Source of the DNA: a virus | DNA length: 64,000 bases | Strand: one strand, 5' to 3' | IMG/VR virus record: IMGVR_UViG_3300032224_001477 | Coordinates: 1 to 64,000 of that record | Shown here: one piece after another, positions 47,901-57,104 of the stretch | How the letters are laid out: every line of letters starts with the position of its first letter | How positions within the stretch are numbered: the stretch's first letter is position 1 | Notes under the pieces: generated by a model | The model's database searches: none | What the model was told of the DNA's origin: nothing | The model's input: only the letters and a program-made list of their open reading frames with translations | Made by a program: the position numbers and the translations under genes

Positions 47901-50900
47901 TCCATCCAGGTACGATTGAGCTATCGTCTGAAGCAATAGCGTGCGGTTCTTGATGTCGTCATCCGAGAAAGAAACATCATCAAGTGAAAGCGTGTCGACA
48001 TCCGCCCCGCGATCCTCTCTCAACCAGGTGTTGATCTTGTTACCAAGGGCGGCTGCTTGCTCCCTAGTAAGCGCGGAAATCTCTTCAACGGTCATCCTTT
48101 TTGCACCATAGGGCAGCTGACCAAGCCATTCGTTTGTCCTGTGGTTGTATACGCCTGAAACAAAAACGCCGTCCGCGGTCTTATCAAAACTTACGACATT
48201 ACGAAGAACCCTGATGACACTGTCCGACTCCTGCGTCTCTTTCGTGAAGTCCACCACAAAGCCTTCTTTAGCTCCTACGAACTGATTGAGAAGATTCTGA
48301 TGGGCGAGAACCATATCTTGTATGGTTACGTTTTCGGGTAGGTAAATGTACTGACCGAGCTTATCCATATCCCGCGCCACAACCGCCGCGGATTCCAGTC
48401 GTTTGTCTTGAGCTATGATTTTAGATTCTTCGCGTCCTCGGAGTGGGGCTTTATCTCCTAGATACTCATTCGTCATCGGATCTGTAATGCCTGTGACAAT
48501 GGCAAAACCATCCCTTGAGGTGATGTCTGAAGGGTTACCGAATCTTGAAATGTAGGAGATTCTAGGAAGTACCAGCATTCGAACGTACTTTCCTTCCGGA
48601 TCAGCCGCCTTGATGATAGCCGTCTTCTCTGGAGAAATTAACATGTGCAACCTGGCTGACTTAACGGCATTTGCACCTTCAGCTTGTTCCAGGGTCTGGC
48701 TGTATTCATAGCCACCCATCCCACGACTGACCTCACCTGCCCCCTTTTGGCTTTCGAGTTCCGGTATTTGTTCATCCTCAAGGCCCTGCCCATAAGACTT
48801 CTCACCCATAGCCAGTTGCTTATTGGCCGAAGGTTTATCGGTATAGGAAGGTACGGTGTCCCCGACTGTTGATACATTGCCACCGGCTATATTGGCGGCC
48901 GAACCCATGTCATCCGACTTCTGGGTGTAAAAAGCCTTCTGTGCAAAATTGGTTTCTTCCTTAGCTCCGAACTCAACATCGCTGTTAAATTCGTTTTCTT
49001 GAGTCGTGAAGAATGGGTGAAGGAGTCTGTAGAAAAGAGTTGTGAAGTCCCTAGGCAAACCGGCTACGCCATGGGGCTCAGATGTAAATATGCCAAACTT
49101 TGTGGTTATTTCCGTAATAATTAAGGCGCTACCGCTGGTCTCCACCCCGGTAAAGAACCCGGGGTAAGCTCTGACAAATTTGACGGTTTCCGGGTCTGTA
49201 ATTACAACCGGGCTGCCGTGCGAAGGCTTGTTTAATTCGGGCTTTTCCTTCCGCCTCGGCATGCTGGCCCCGAGCTTTTGCGCTACATCAAATGCAAACT
49301 TACTACGCCAGTCTTTACCAGGGAATTTGCCAAGCAGATTGCTTGCTTCCGCCCAACTCAAGTCATTTAGATCCTCAGGGGTTAGCTTTCTCTGTGCTTC
49401 CATCTCGGGACCCTCGTAAACGTTGATCGAGGTTGTCGGCAGCATGACGTCTGTGTCGGTAACGACGTTCGTGCCCTTGGCGTTCGCAATGAATTTGTTC
49501 CTAAACGAAAACGGAAGCGCCCGCATGACGTTCCTGGCTTTGTCCATCAGATAAAGCATGTTCTCTTTGAACACAACGCCCGGGAACTCTTGAATCTCGA
49601 TCGCGTTTGCTGGGGTAAAGATAGCTGCGGCAGGAGCTTCTTCACCGACTACCTCTCCATTCTTAAACAACTGAACATTGTCGGGTCTTAAGGGCGCTCC
49701 ACCTGCCCTACTGTCTTCGGCCTCGTAAACTTCGAATGTAGTTTGAACTGATTGCGGACTATAGACCTGGCTTCTTAGTTTTGGATCTTGATCAATAAAC
49801 TTTAAAGACCAACCCTCTTGACTCTCCCATGCGGCACGACCCCCGGGGGTCCGCAAGTCGGGAGTAACAACAGAAGTCACTACGTATTTCGTGGGGTCGT
49901 TCTCAAAACTGATCACATCTCCCACTCTTGCAAAAGCTCTGCGTGTAGTGCTCTTTCTCCTGCCGTCCTGAATTAATTGTAGGGTAGTTGTTCCATTCGG
50001 GTATCTGTCTTGCAGATCCTGTCGCAATCCTTCTTTCGGCACAGGGTACCGCATTGGTACTTTTGCAGGTTGGGCCTCATTGGTTGGTCTGGGTGAGTCG
50101 GTAAAAGGCAGGAAGATATCTAAGTTCGCAAGATTTCCGGCTCGTGGGTCTCTTGCGATAGCTTTTGCCAGCATCTGCATGTACGTGCCAGGGAAGTTCA
50201 AGGACCATGGGTTTTGCTCCCGCACAGCCAGATACATCTTTGCTAGAATATTCTGGTCTTCTGCGTAGCCCTTAACAATTTCAAGCGCTGACTTTACAAG
50301 GTATTGAGCATCCCTGGTTATCTTAGCTCCCGGCTTTACGGAATTCACCGCATAGATGGCTTCCTGCAGGGTCGTAATCTGCTCAGGAGTCAGAGGCCGA
50401 AGAGCTGGGGTAGCGCTTCTACCCATCCTGCGCTCCTCGTTATCCAGAATTACTTCTTGTGCGTACTTGGCTATGTCGAGAGGAGGCGGTGGAACAAATC
50501 TCTTTTTCGGGTCGTTAATCGCTCTTGGATCAACTGAATAGATTTGGTTCATGTAGCTGGACCGGGCCTGACTCTTCTTGGCTTCAGTCATCTCCTCTGT
50601 GGGAGCCATACCGACCCAGTCTGAATCCTGCCGACCCAACCCGTTCATCTCATTCATGTAATCCGTGCGTACGCCGTATACTCGTAGCGAACCATCAAGA
50701 GGATTAACCAGGGAGTTAAGAACCGCGTTTAGCTCCTGCACAGAAGCCTTAACCCATTCCGGTGAGTTCTTAATAACAATACCCATGTCGGGATTCTTCG
50801 ATATCGCTTCCGAAATTCTAGATACCCCAGACTCAAGCCAAACAATACGTTGAGCCCTTATCTTATTTTGCATTTCGCCGTACTGAAGGGTGACCTCGCG

Positions 50901-53900
50901 TATGCGATCCGAGAGCTTCTTTCGCTCAGCTGTGTTTATAGCGCCTTTCTTTTTCGGAGCATTCCGCCCACCGTCTTTAGAGAGGTCGCCAAACTCCTGT
51001 GCTTCCTTAGCCTGAAGTTGTTCCAACTCGCTAAACAGCGCAGTTAATTTGTTATCGAGATCGGTAATAGATGGCTCGGGCGGGACTTGAAGATCAAGAA
51101 AGCCACGCACCGGTTTGGCTTCAACTGCTTTTTTAGCACCACGTTCTTTTTTGGTCGCAGGCGTAGTTGCCGTCGAAGGCATAGGCAGGATCGGTTGCCC
51201 CCACCAGGTCTCACCCTGGGCACCGATGGGTTTTGCCGCATCGGATCTGGTAAACAAGTCGTCAGGATCAACGGTTCCTATATTTCCGTTTTGCTTGGCT
51301 TCAGCGACCACCTCTGTTTCACGTTCGTACGTACCCCAGAAAGATTTTCTGTAAGCCGCATCGGGTTGATAAAATGGCTCAAGTTCGACAAGATACTGTT
51401 CTCCTTTGGACCGGTTAAGTTCAATTACCTGGGGGTTGGTTTGAGCAATTTGTGAAGCTTCATCCACGCCCACTGATTCAACTCCATCGACTTCGTCACC
51501 AATCACTCGGATGTTCTTAACCTTTACAGTATAGGTGTTGTCTTTTTTGGAATAAGCAAAAGCCGTAAATGGAAATGGGGTTAGCTTTGTAATGCCCCCG
51601 GGAGCGTCTTTTGGGTTATATATCTTGCGACCCTCAACATCTTTTTGTGTGCCAACTATTTTTCTGCGTCTTTCAATTTCTTCAGATGTTTTAGCGGAAA
51701 GCAGTTCGCGAGCTTGCCGCCTGCTTAGAATAATCCCCTCAAGGATATTCTCCCCTTGGTTGCGTATACGCGCACTTAAGCTCAGGTTCTTATCTGGATC
51801 GTTCGGGTCTAGCGCTTGAGCTTCACCCAGCACACGATCCATATTTGGAATAGACGCGCTTCTTGTAGACCTTTTGCCCCCTGAAGGTATCTTTTGCATT
51901 TCTTTTTGCACGAAAGCTTGCAGGTCCGTTCCCTCCAAACCATTTTGCTGACCTGTCTTTTCGGCCCGGGCTCGCACTTCCTCAAGTTGAGCTGCTGTTC
52001 CTCTGGACGTTGTACCGCGTCTTTTCTTAGGCGCTGTGGCAAAGGGGAAAATATTTGCTGCTGTGCTACTTAGTAGTTTTACGTTTGCCGGAATCTTTTG
52101 ACCCGCAAATATTTCTCTTTCTCTTGTTTCCGAAAAAGTACTTACCCGCCCCGCCCCTTGATGAGCACCAAACATAAGCCAGTATTCTTTTCCGGGGTTT
52201 GCCTTTGCGTACTGTAAGAATCTTTCAAGCTGAACTCGAGCTTCTCTTGGGTTAAACGACTCGTTCGCACCTTGGCGATTGTTTTCGGCCGAGGGCCCTT
52301 TAAATCCTTTTTCGTATACCGGCAATCCATACGTTCGCCCATTAGGTCCCGTCTTGCCTACTTCAGCACCAAGCTCCTTTGCAATTTTACCATAAACACC
52401 GTTGTGGTTCCCGTTAACGTCTGTTCCAAAAACCAGAACACGGTCATTGGCTCGGATATCGACGGTCGGGTCAAACTGACTCTTAAGAGCCTCCGCGCTC
52501 GCCGCACGAGTCGTATACCTCAAAGGGTTGATTGAGTTCTCAATTATTTTTTCTGGGGATGCTGATACCGCAAAGTCTGTGCCCGAAGCCTTTGACCTAC
52601 CCTCGATAATGTAATCCAGGTACTCAGCTCTTGCTTCCGGATCATTAGGCACCGACCCAAGCTCTTGAAATAACTCCCTGGCTATATTCTGCGAATCCTT
52701 AATGAGAGCTTCTTTATCGGTACCCCTAGTAAATCTCGCCGTATTCTGAGGTTCGATGATAGTAAACTTTGAAGCGTTCGGGTTATCCTTGAGGAATCGA
52801 GCAACCCTTGGGATAAGAACATTTGCGCTCCTACCGGCTATAAATGTTTGCCTCGCGTCGGTGGCGATGTTTCGTTTCCTAGACTGCCCAATATCGTTTT
52901 TGTAAGTGTCCGGGTTCCCAATAACCACGACGAAATCTGAATTGTTAATGTTATATGAGTCCGCCTCGTCTGGATTTTCGGTCGTATCGAAGCTTGAGAG
53001 CAGGTCTGATTCCGACTCGGCAAGCGAAGGGTTCTTAGAACGAACTTTCAAACCACCACGATTTACCCCGTGTTGATCTGCCAGGCTTTCAGCTACACCA
53101 GCAAAAGGTCCAAAACCGCTACCGAGGTAGGTAAAGGCGCCCTTTTTCTTGGGTTTTTCTGTGTCTTGTCCTGCAGGGGCGGGGTTTTGAGATCCGTCGA
53201 CCTCATCCAAAGCAGCGTTCTCAACTATGTCAGGCCCGTTCAGAACATCGTTTACCTCAGTGGAATTAGTCGGTCGAAGCTCAGGAGTTTGGTTATTAGC
53301 AACTTTTTTAGCTTCTTTAGTCAACGCGCTAGACGCCTCCCTTGGGAGCTCAAGCTGGGCTTTTTGTTTTGCGGCTTGGATTGTAGGTGCGCTGGTCTGA
53401 CTCGGGAATAAAGTATTGGTCTTAGTCTTCTCTTCAACAGCTTGTTCTGTCTGAGGAATAAGAGTACGGGCTCCACCAAGGCCAAGCTCAACCATACCAG
53501 GAACCATTTCACCAATGAACTCAGCCCAGGCGTCGGCCGGATCGGACTTTTCCCCAATCGCTGCACTACCCGCAACTTCACCAGCCGCACCCAACATACC
53601 TTGTAGAGCCGCATCTCCAATACCTCGAGCGGCCAAACCCTTTAAACCTTTAGCGGTCTTGAAAAGCATTTCCGAAGGAAGTGCCACAGAAGCCGCATCA
53701 AATGCCCCGACTGTAACTCCTCTAGCAAGCGCCCGGTTCTTCATCTCTTGAACTTTTGCTGGGTCGCGAAGAACAGCAGCTACGGCTTCGGTGTTCTGAA
53801 GATCCCCGACTTGCGCACGCAAGTCTTCCAAGATCTTTGATCCACCCTCAACGAAGGCTGATCCAGCACCAACACCTGCCATAGTAGAGAGCAGGACGGC

Positions 53901-54443
53901 CTCTTTTCCTCCACCCGCAGCTCTAGCGCCGATGCTACCCGCAGCACCCAGGGCCATGCCTGGTACGCTTGAACCTAAACCTTGAGCCGCAATAAGAGCC
54001 GCAGCTTCTGGGTTGGTAAAAATATTAAGAATTGGCGCAACCCAACCACTACCTCCGGCTTTTTGATATTTAAGCATCGAACGAGCTTTTGGCTGGGCTT
54101 GAAGCTCTCTATCTTGTTGAGCAAGCTCGGCGGCAGCTTCTTCAGGAGTATCTAGACCGTTGACCGCGCGAAGAGCTTTGGCCGCCTGCATTGAGGAAGC
54201 CATGCCGTTCACGAACTCGTCCTTCATTCTTTGGAAAGTCGACCGCGGATCGGGCTGGAGACTCAATGCTGCCTTGGCCGCTCGCACTTCCTCTTGAGCT
54301 TGCACATACCTAGACATGTCGAGCTGCCCTGGAGCAAAAGCCTCATCTTGTACGGACTGCTCGTAAAGATTGAGAACCTGCTCCTGCTCGTCAGGGCCCA
54401 TTCCCTTGAACTTATCGTTCTGTAGGATTTCTTGAAGTTGCAT
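41940..54443 (-). CDS. Giant (4167 aa) polyvalent internal virion protein
   Basis: Gly/Ala-rich N-terminal segments, HEVAH zincin motif, ASCH-like and macro-like inserts, and a C-terminus resembling large ejection proteins (PF.KI..N, GY.PYS). Confidence 0.75.
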   Translation of the reverse strand: MQLQEILQNDKFKGMGPDEQEQVLNLYEQSVQDEAFAPGQLDMSRYVQAQEEVRAAKAALSLQPDPRSTFQRMKDEFVNGMASSMQAAKALRAVNGLDTPEEAAAELAQQDRELQAQPKARSMLKYQKAGGSGWVAPILNIFTNPEAAALIAAQGLGSSVPGMALGAAGSIGARAAGGGKEAVLLSTMAGVGAGSAFVEGGSKILEDLRAQVGDLQNTEAVAAVLRDPAKVQEMKNRALARGVTVGAFDAASVALPSEMLFKTAKGLKGLAARGIGDAALQGMLGAAGEVAGSAAIGEKSDPADAWAEFIGEMVPGMVELGLGGARTLIPQTEQAVEEKTKTNTLFPSQTSAPTIQAAKQKAQLELPREASSALTKEAKKVANNQTPELRPTNSTEVNDVLNGPDIVENAALDEVDGSQNPAPAGQDTEKPKKKGAFTYLGSGFGPFAGVAESLADQHGVNRGGLKVRSKNPSLAESESDLLSSFDTTENPDEADSYNINNSDFVVVIGNPDTYKNDIGQSRKRNIATDARQTFIAGRSANVLIPRVARFLKDNPNASKFTIIEPQNTARFTRGTDKEALIKDSQNIARELFQELGSVPNDPEARAEYLDYIIEGRSKASGTDFAVSASPEKIIENSINPLRYTTRAASAEALKSQFDPTVDIRANDRVLVFGTDVNGNHNGVYGKIAKELGAEVGKTGPNGRTYGLPVYEKGFKGPSAENNRQGANESFNPREARVQLERFLQYAKANPGKEYWLMFGAHQGAGRVSTFSETREREIFAGQKIPANVKLLSSTAANIFPFATAPKKRRGTTSRGTAAQLEEVRARAEKTGQQNGLEGTDLQAFVQKEMQKIPSGGKRSTRSASIPNMDRVLGEAQALDPNDPDKNLSLSARIRNQGENILEGIILSRRQARELLSAKTSEEIERRRKIVGTQKDVEGRKIYNPKDAPGGITKLTPFPFTAFAYSKKDNTYTVKVKNIRVIGDEVDGVESVGVDEASQIAQTNPQVIELNRSKGEQYLVELEPFYQPDAAYRKSFWGTYERETEVVAEAKQNGNIGTVDPDDLFTRSDAAKPIGAQGETWWGQPILPMPSTATTPATKKERGAKKAVEAKPVRGFLDLQVPPEPSITDLDNKLTALFSELEQLQAKEAQEFGDLSKDGGRNAPKKKGAINTAERKKLSDRIREVTLQYGEMQNKIRAQRIVWLESGVSRISEAISKNPDMGIVIKNSPEWVKASVQELNAVLNSLVNPLDGSLRVYGVRTDYMNEMNGLGRQDSDWVGMAPTEEMTEAKKSQARSSYMNQIYSVDPRAINDPKKRFVPPPPLDIAKYAQEVILDNEERRMGRSATPALRPLTPEQITTLQEAIYAVNSVKPGAKITRDAQYLVKSALEIVKGYAEDQNILAKMYLAVREQNPWSLNFPGTYMQMLAKAIARDPRAGNLANLDIFLPFTDSPRPTNEAQPAKVPMRYPVPKEGLRQDLQDRYPNGTTTLQLIQDGRRKSTTRRAFARVGDVISFENDPTKYVVTSVVTPDLRTPGGRAAWESQEGWSLKFIDQDPKLRSQVYSPQSVQTTFEVYEAEDSRAGGAPLRPDNVQLFKNGEVVGEEAPAAAIFTPANAIEIQEFPGVVFKENMLYLMDKARNVMRALPFSFRNKFIANAKGTNVVTDTDVMLPTTSINVYEGPEMEAQRKLTPEDLNDLSWAEASNLLGKFPGKDWRSKFAFDVAQKLGASMPRRKEKPELNKPSHGSPVVITDPETVKFVRAYPGFFTGVETSGSALIITEITTKFGIFTSEPHGVAGLPRDFTTLFYRLLHPFFTTQENEFNSDVEFGAKEETNFAQKAFYTQKSDDMGSAANIAGGNVSTVGDTVPSYTDKPSANKQLAMGEKSYGQGLEDEQIPELESQKGAGEVSRGMGGYEYSQTLEQAEGANAVKSARLHMLISPEKTAIIKAADPEGKYVRMLVLPRISYISRFGNPSDITSRDGFAIVTGITDPMTNEYLGDKAPLRGREESKIIAQDKRLESAAVVARDMDKLGQYIYLPENVTIQDMVLAHQNLLNQFVGAKEGFVVDFTKETQESDSVIRVLRNVVSFDKTADGVFVSGVYNHRTNEWLGQLPYGAKRMTVEEISALTREQAAALGNKINTWLREDRGADVDTLSLDDVSFSDDDIKNRTLLLQTIAQSYLDGFGKTRESIEKSLVESMAANTRRDMNSLFLEDVDARLQRAIDEGAFDSEELALLPRIIQDAVNVFKSGMVYTPIDEQDLSKGWSYEVGVNRNAAGRSGRPLEHLLTRAKQSGLSETEVRSLVDNLSVTTPENSKDSEMLRRVFIEALIRSKRAPEVLETNNEELKVEEARGNRDAEYNRRRLSALFGKIFKQYDSMTQEPFGGTYLDESRPTNTLYGFVSSLSVEGYAGVLGLARRVSLIADSMKLREKSFVSLEGRTEEVKEGRPVEDIFEASLTPEDMGSDYDAQIGLDNEGYFTELDKYETLPTKNKRRTKFEAFINKMAAYRNTLPFIPRAVHDIIMREGFGFTSGYRPSMYNGKSNAQLDILFPTIKIKSGSQVGDKGKGKGFLSGALLNKVFGSLSGIPSSFIQEPVLRQIAQDRYEGILKELERNNMQEFSDAQKVKDVLELYDQEAQTELEKDSEIRAAVKAAGADIAKGTDPRKELNRIVADVARKGSLSKAMLAILENSPLESLNDAAMRITNLLHRIYRLNSVTREQMIEQLLDPVGKFDRTLAPEELISPQNDRTRVKDLLFNILLPAFESRAPFNSAAALSEMRKINDPYIKQADRSRMKKVQADVAGAAKYATESGFADAGVSFDSNLLNLEDPRQEKAMEYLRFIARRRGLKNVNFVSNTKEKYPVFTVRGSENANDPINSTIFVNPELLADKLFQQKDIKFLDGDARNTYNNLTAALMDQLITHEVAHLSYFEQLRKEYRARFPNGGVSWVSYYNTRVREAADFLRSEDNGLMVKLPGKKAVSVEQALGELYPETKESDEVLVAEFFRVLLELDKSQGAKVFTESLELVRSLQVQDRVSNLIQGQSRQQVRNLDTFSRARRRSFLGWLRTVLDSIFNLFSTLKNSSDPRARSLYETYYKINTVYDRFYSDYVAPPSYNVPSSEAPGLNSLGEAIDQARPIGAQPLSAAARAAEIYQDGVPTYEKASQKADLSYLADEGAIEAVEGVLDELSPEKISMWLTQVGPDADKTQDIDIGGQPYKLNQRQIVLLASYAIRRFRERGQVKRASDLLTYIANLGRNMGQTISIGYKLLKELLMYTPAGMVNEYITRLAETRRGVKDRVATQNEEIRKEVRELQDVALGLTLKDKGVQSLIEQINRLYSQALRENNADDIVTIIRNHYEQFSGEDLVKVLSRLLPDYENAPLRFQELADMVKANMQTQLGKALSLRGRTLGRKIVNRAGMTIPELKSERIEQLLSEMHEVVKPPISRTGNTLENAIAGDARKILELAALGAINEEVVLSSIDSLGKFPSFDVNTAETLRRMMEEAAELPDGFQKDRKFQEALRVLHGATKSDALPQISAYWYMSMLSGPATFWMNFVSTAFKSIADIATYSLAAATARGNPLLAAKYMALGYKTFLASMHTIAFAEAKGILLHGDINLRTNGKYVDEASINALESMDTDTLMKKVLSKGKYIFRIMAASDALFGRSALEGFAAIQAQIQAIENVENGLTKLSPEEEAARLLNQTDNFVAYATNVAINDEGLKPGTAEFTKRVYELRDQAILKDPERASIMRRAEDLSLYATYNNAPYGVLGNIAKCIGTFSQQHPILGPLFVPFTKIVSNVTNESINYTPIGAYRAFLAWGKAGTKKTSGLAKSVEQLEQIKLIEQGSLYAIQATLGTAGMLVLAGLSNMLKDKDDDGQDDGFNITGGGPSDPAARKQAREAGYVPYSFSFGGNSVKVSYLSTPLAIPLAIVGTWFDTSNYPRGREKDMGEKLTSAALATIQVPFNQSFLQGLSNLFKMLDGTSEGQDVSAAQNFFSGAVGNAVPNIIKQADQVFEPIPQQQTSFVGKWLFNKVPILKSMTGQPQLNVLGEVVNAPAGPERLLFLQRFINTSEADPLFKLLSAKKAFIPDARRGQTVQNYPLNDEQFYRFRELRGKVIAQVVRSPSFFSMAKRMSTEQLDDYLTKLGQKATATAKAQLTPELIRQGVKL

Positions 54444-54454
54444 TGTCTAAGATA

Positions 54455-55498
54455 TTATTTCTTAAAAATGTTCAATAACTCTGACTTCGCGGAACCCTGA
54501 GCAGGAGCGGCTCTTTCCTCGGGGGTCTTATTCATATCCATAACTGACCGCAATAAACCTGAAGCATCTCTCCCTGAGGCTTGGAGAGTTTGCGCATATT
54601 GGAACAAGAGCTGCTTTTGAACTTCTGGATCAGTAGTCACTTTTAGCATGTCCGCTGTGGAGCTTTGCAACTTATCAAGCTGCATAGCATTGAGTCTTCC
54701 ATCACCGTACAACTGTTCGTTAAGCATCTGCTTGTCCGCGCCCGCCATAGATTTCTTAAAGCCATCAACAATACTGCTGTCTACGGCTTTTGAGTTAGGA
54801 TACTTAGCTTTGTATCCGTTAATAGCTGTACTCATCGCTTCTAATTCTTGAACAGATAAAGCCCTGTTTTGTGCATTTGCACCAACCAGAGCCGCGCTCA
54901 TAATGCCCTGCACGTACTTGCTGTCTGCGTTGTTTTCACCGGTAAGGTTCTGAATCATCACAGCAAAGTCTTTTTTAACGGCTTGCGACGAAGCCAGGAT
55001 TGTGCTGTTCAAAACTGAAGCCTGCGCCCTGTCGCGAACTTGTTTAAGTTGGTTAAATTGCTCGGGTGTGGCGCCTTCTAGAATCTCGTTTCGGAATGTA
55101 AAGTTTGTCAGCTGCTCTTGAGCATTCATGTCGCCTTTGTAAGCTCGGGAGTAAAGCTCGTTGATCGTGTTAAGTTCGTTATTTAAAAGCGACTGCATGT
55201 CCATTGCTCGGTTGTATTTGATTCGCTCAAGATTGGGCTGCGACTTTTCTAGAACACTTTGCATCCGCTCTAAGACGGCCCAAGGTTCCGCATCCTGCAA
55301 AGCTTGTCTGGCCGCATTATCCCTGGTGGTCTGCTGCATTTGCGACTGGACCAACGGCATGGTCTCTTGAGGTCGGAAAAGCCCGGTGTTGACGTTTTGA
55401 GCGCTATAGTTGCCCGGGCGAAGCAAGCCATCCTCTTTTACGGGGATTAAATACTGCGCCGGTTGCATCTGCTGTTTGTTTGCTAAGCCTAAGGCCAT
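54455..55498 (-). CDS. Putative internal virion (ejection) protein
   Basis: Gln-rich helical protein between the Gly-rich pilot protein and the giant protein. Confidence 0.55.
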   Translation of the reverse strand: MALGLANKQQMQPAQYLIPVKEDGLLRPGNYSAQNVNTGLFRPQETMPLVQSQMQQTTRDNAARQALQDAEPWAVLERMQSVLEKSQPNLERIKYNRAMDMQSLLNNELNTINELYSRAYKGDMNAQEQLTNFTFRNEILEGATPEQFNQLKQVRDRAQASVLNSTILASSQAVKKDFAVMIQNLTGENNADSKYVQGIMSAALVGANAQNRALSVQELEAMSTAINGYKAKYPNSKAVDSSIVDGFKKSMAGADKQMLNEQLYGDGRLNAMQLDKLQSSTADMLKVTTDPEVQKQLLFQYAQTLQASGRDASGLLRSVMDMNKTPEERAAPAQGSAKSELLNIFKK

Positions 55499-55501
55499 AA
55501 A

Positions 55502-56680
55502 TTATCTCCCAAATAAGGGTACGGTATTTCGTGAAGACCAGGGTGCAGAAGGAGCATACGGGCTGAAGCTTCCGGCTCCGCCACCGCCGAGACCGGTTGC
55601 CTTCGGGATAGGGGTCGCCCCAAAAGACGAAGCTCCTCCACCACCACTCGCCCCATTGCTCCCTCCAAAGATTCCGCCAAGCCCACCAAAAAGATTGCCC
55701 ATACCACCCAGCCCGCCGGAAGAACCGGCTGCGCCCCCACCAATACCGCCCAAAGCGGATACACCAGAAAGCAGTCCACTGGCCAAACCACCAAAGCCCT
55801 GACCGCTGACGGCGCCCTCGATACCGCCACCCAAACCAGAACCAATCTTGGCTCCAGCCATCGTACCGATTCCAGGAGCAATGAAAGAACCTGCGATAGC
55901 TCCTAGACCGCCACCGATAAGACTGCCAAGCCCACTACTGCCCCGCTGTTGGAACTTCATCAGGTCGTAGTTGTACTTGTTCATGGCGTTTGTATTCGCC
56001 GTGTTTGTATCCGCAATAGCCTGATCGTTCTTGATTCCGGTGTTGTAGTACCGCTGTTGATTCTCGATGTCGTTATTGTACGTGGTCGTGTAGTTGGTCA
56101 GGTTCGTATTAAACGCAACCTCTTGGTTTGAGATGGCTGTATTCGCGTCCTGCCTGGCTAGGACATCTGCGGGGCTGAACAAAAGATCGGTGGGCTTGAC
56201 CGGTGTGAGCGCATTGGCATCACCCAGAAGAGTTTGATAGTTTTGAAGCCCCGCGTTCTTCATGTCCATTGTGGTAGCGCCAAAGTCGCGAGCGGTAAGG
56301 TTTCTTGCTCGTTGGCTGGAGGAGCCGGCGCCCGAGGAAAAATCCCTAAAGGCCGCGCTGCCAAACAATTGATCTTCTACATCCTGGGGAATCTCTCCAC
56401 GCATCTGGGCTGAAACTGTGTCCGCCGCAGATTTAAGATTGTCCATGACCCCAGGGGCAACACCTTCAAGGGTGCGCTGGGCCGATTGATTTGCCGCACT
56501 AGAAAAACCCTCCAGATCCCCAAGAACGCTCTGCTGTTGCATGAAGTCAGGGTACGCATTGAGGTAAGAGCCAAGATCGTTTAGATCCAGGTTTAGTAGC
56601 TGACCAAGTTTCTCCAGATCAATCTGAGAAAACTTTGGAGCCTGAAGTTCTGGTGGTTTAGGAGGACTTTTCTTACCCAT
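55502..56680 (-). CDS. Putative DNA pilot/ejection protein
   Basis: MGKKSPPKPP start, Asn/Gln-rich coil, C-terminal glycine zippers. Confidence 0.6.
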   Translation of the reverse strand: MGKKSPPKPPELQAPKFSQIDLEKLGQLLNLDLNDLGSYLNAYPDFMQQQSVLGDLEGFSSAANQSAQRTLEGVAPGVMDNLKSAADTVSAQMRGEIPQDVEDQLFGSAAFRDFSSGAGSSSQRARNLTARDFGATTMDMKNAGLQNYQTLLGDANALTPVKPTDLLFSPADVLARQDANTAISNQEVAFNTNLTNYTTTYNNDIENQQRYYNTGIKNDQAIADTNTANTNAMNKYNYDLMKFQQRGSSGLGSLIGGGLGAIAGSFIAPGIGTMAGAKIGSGLGGGIEGAVSGQGFGGLASGLLSGVSALGGIGGGAAGSSGGLGGMGNLFGGLGGIFGGSNGASGGGGASSFGATPIPKATGLGGGGAGSFSPYAPSAPWSSRNTVPLFGR

Positions 56681-56681
56681 A

Positions 56682-57104
56682 TTACAGTCCCATCCTGGCT
56701 AGCCGGTCGAAGAACGACGCTGGGTAGATCGACGTGCGATCAAAATGTTTATGTCTGGAAAAACCTACATGTGTAGGCCGTCCGAGGTTTTCAAATACAG
56801 GTTTAATCATGCGACCCAAACCCCCATGCAAAAGACTGACCGTCCAGTCCACCCAGAGAAGCTTTCCGTCAGCCTTGTGAGCCCAGCGATCCCGAGCCTG
56901 CTCAGGACCATCAACTCTGCGAAACAAAGTAACCCCTTGCACCGCCTTGTATTTGTTTACATCCCGATCCAGAACAAGGGCCATATTTTGCATATGCCAT
57001 TGGACGGTCTTTTCCGGCTCCTGGCAGTGAGGAAGCATGACTTTCACAAAATCGATGGTTTCCTGTATAAAGGGAGGATTGGCCGGAGTCATGTGTATTG
57101 TCAC
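56682..57104 (-). CDS. Putative GNAT-like protein of the virion block
   Basis: Size, position before the ejection proteins, and LLWVDW...VGFSR pattern. Confidence 0.35.
   Translation of the reverse strand: MTIHMTPANPPFIQETIDFVKVMLPHCQEPEKTVQWHMQNMALVLDRDVNKYKAVQGVTLFRRVDGPEQARDRWAHKADGKLLWVDWTVSLLHGGLGRMIKPVFENLGRPTHVGFSRHKHFDRTSIYPASFFDRLARMGL

Noticed and set aside
41940-54443. Virion RNA polymerase (N4- or crAss-like)
   Set aside because: No DFDxD or T7-like polymerase motifs could be found by eye.
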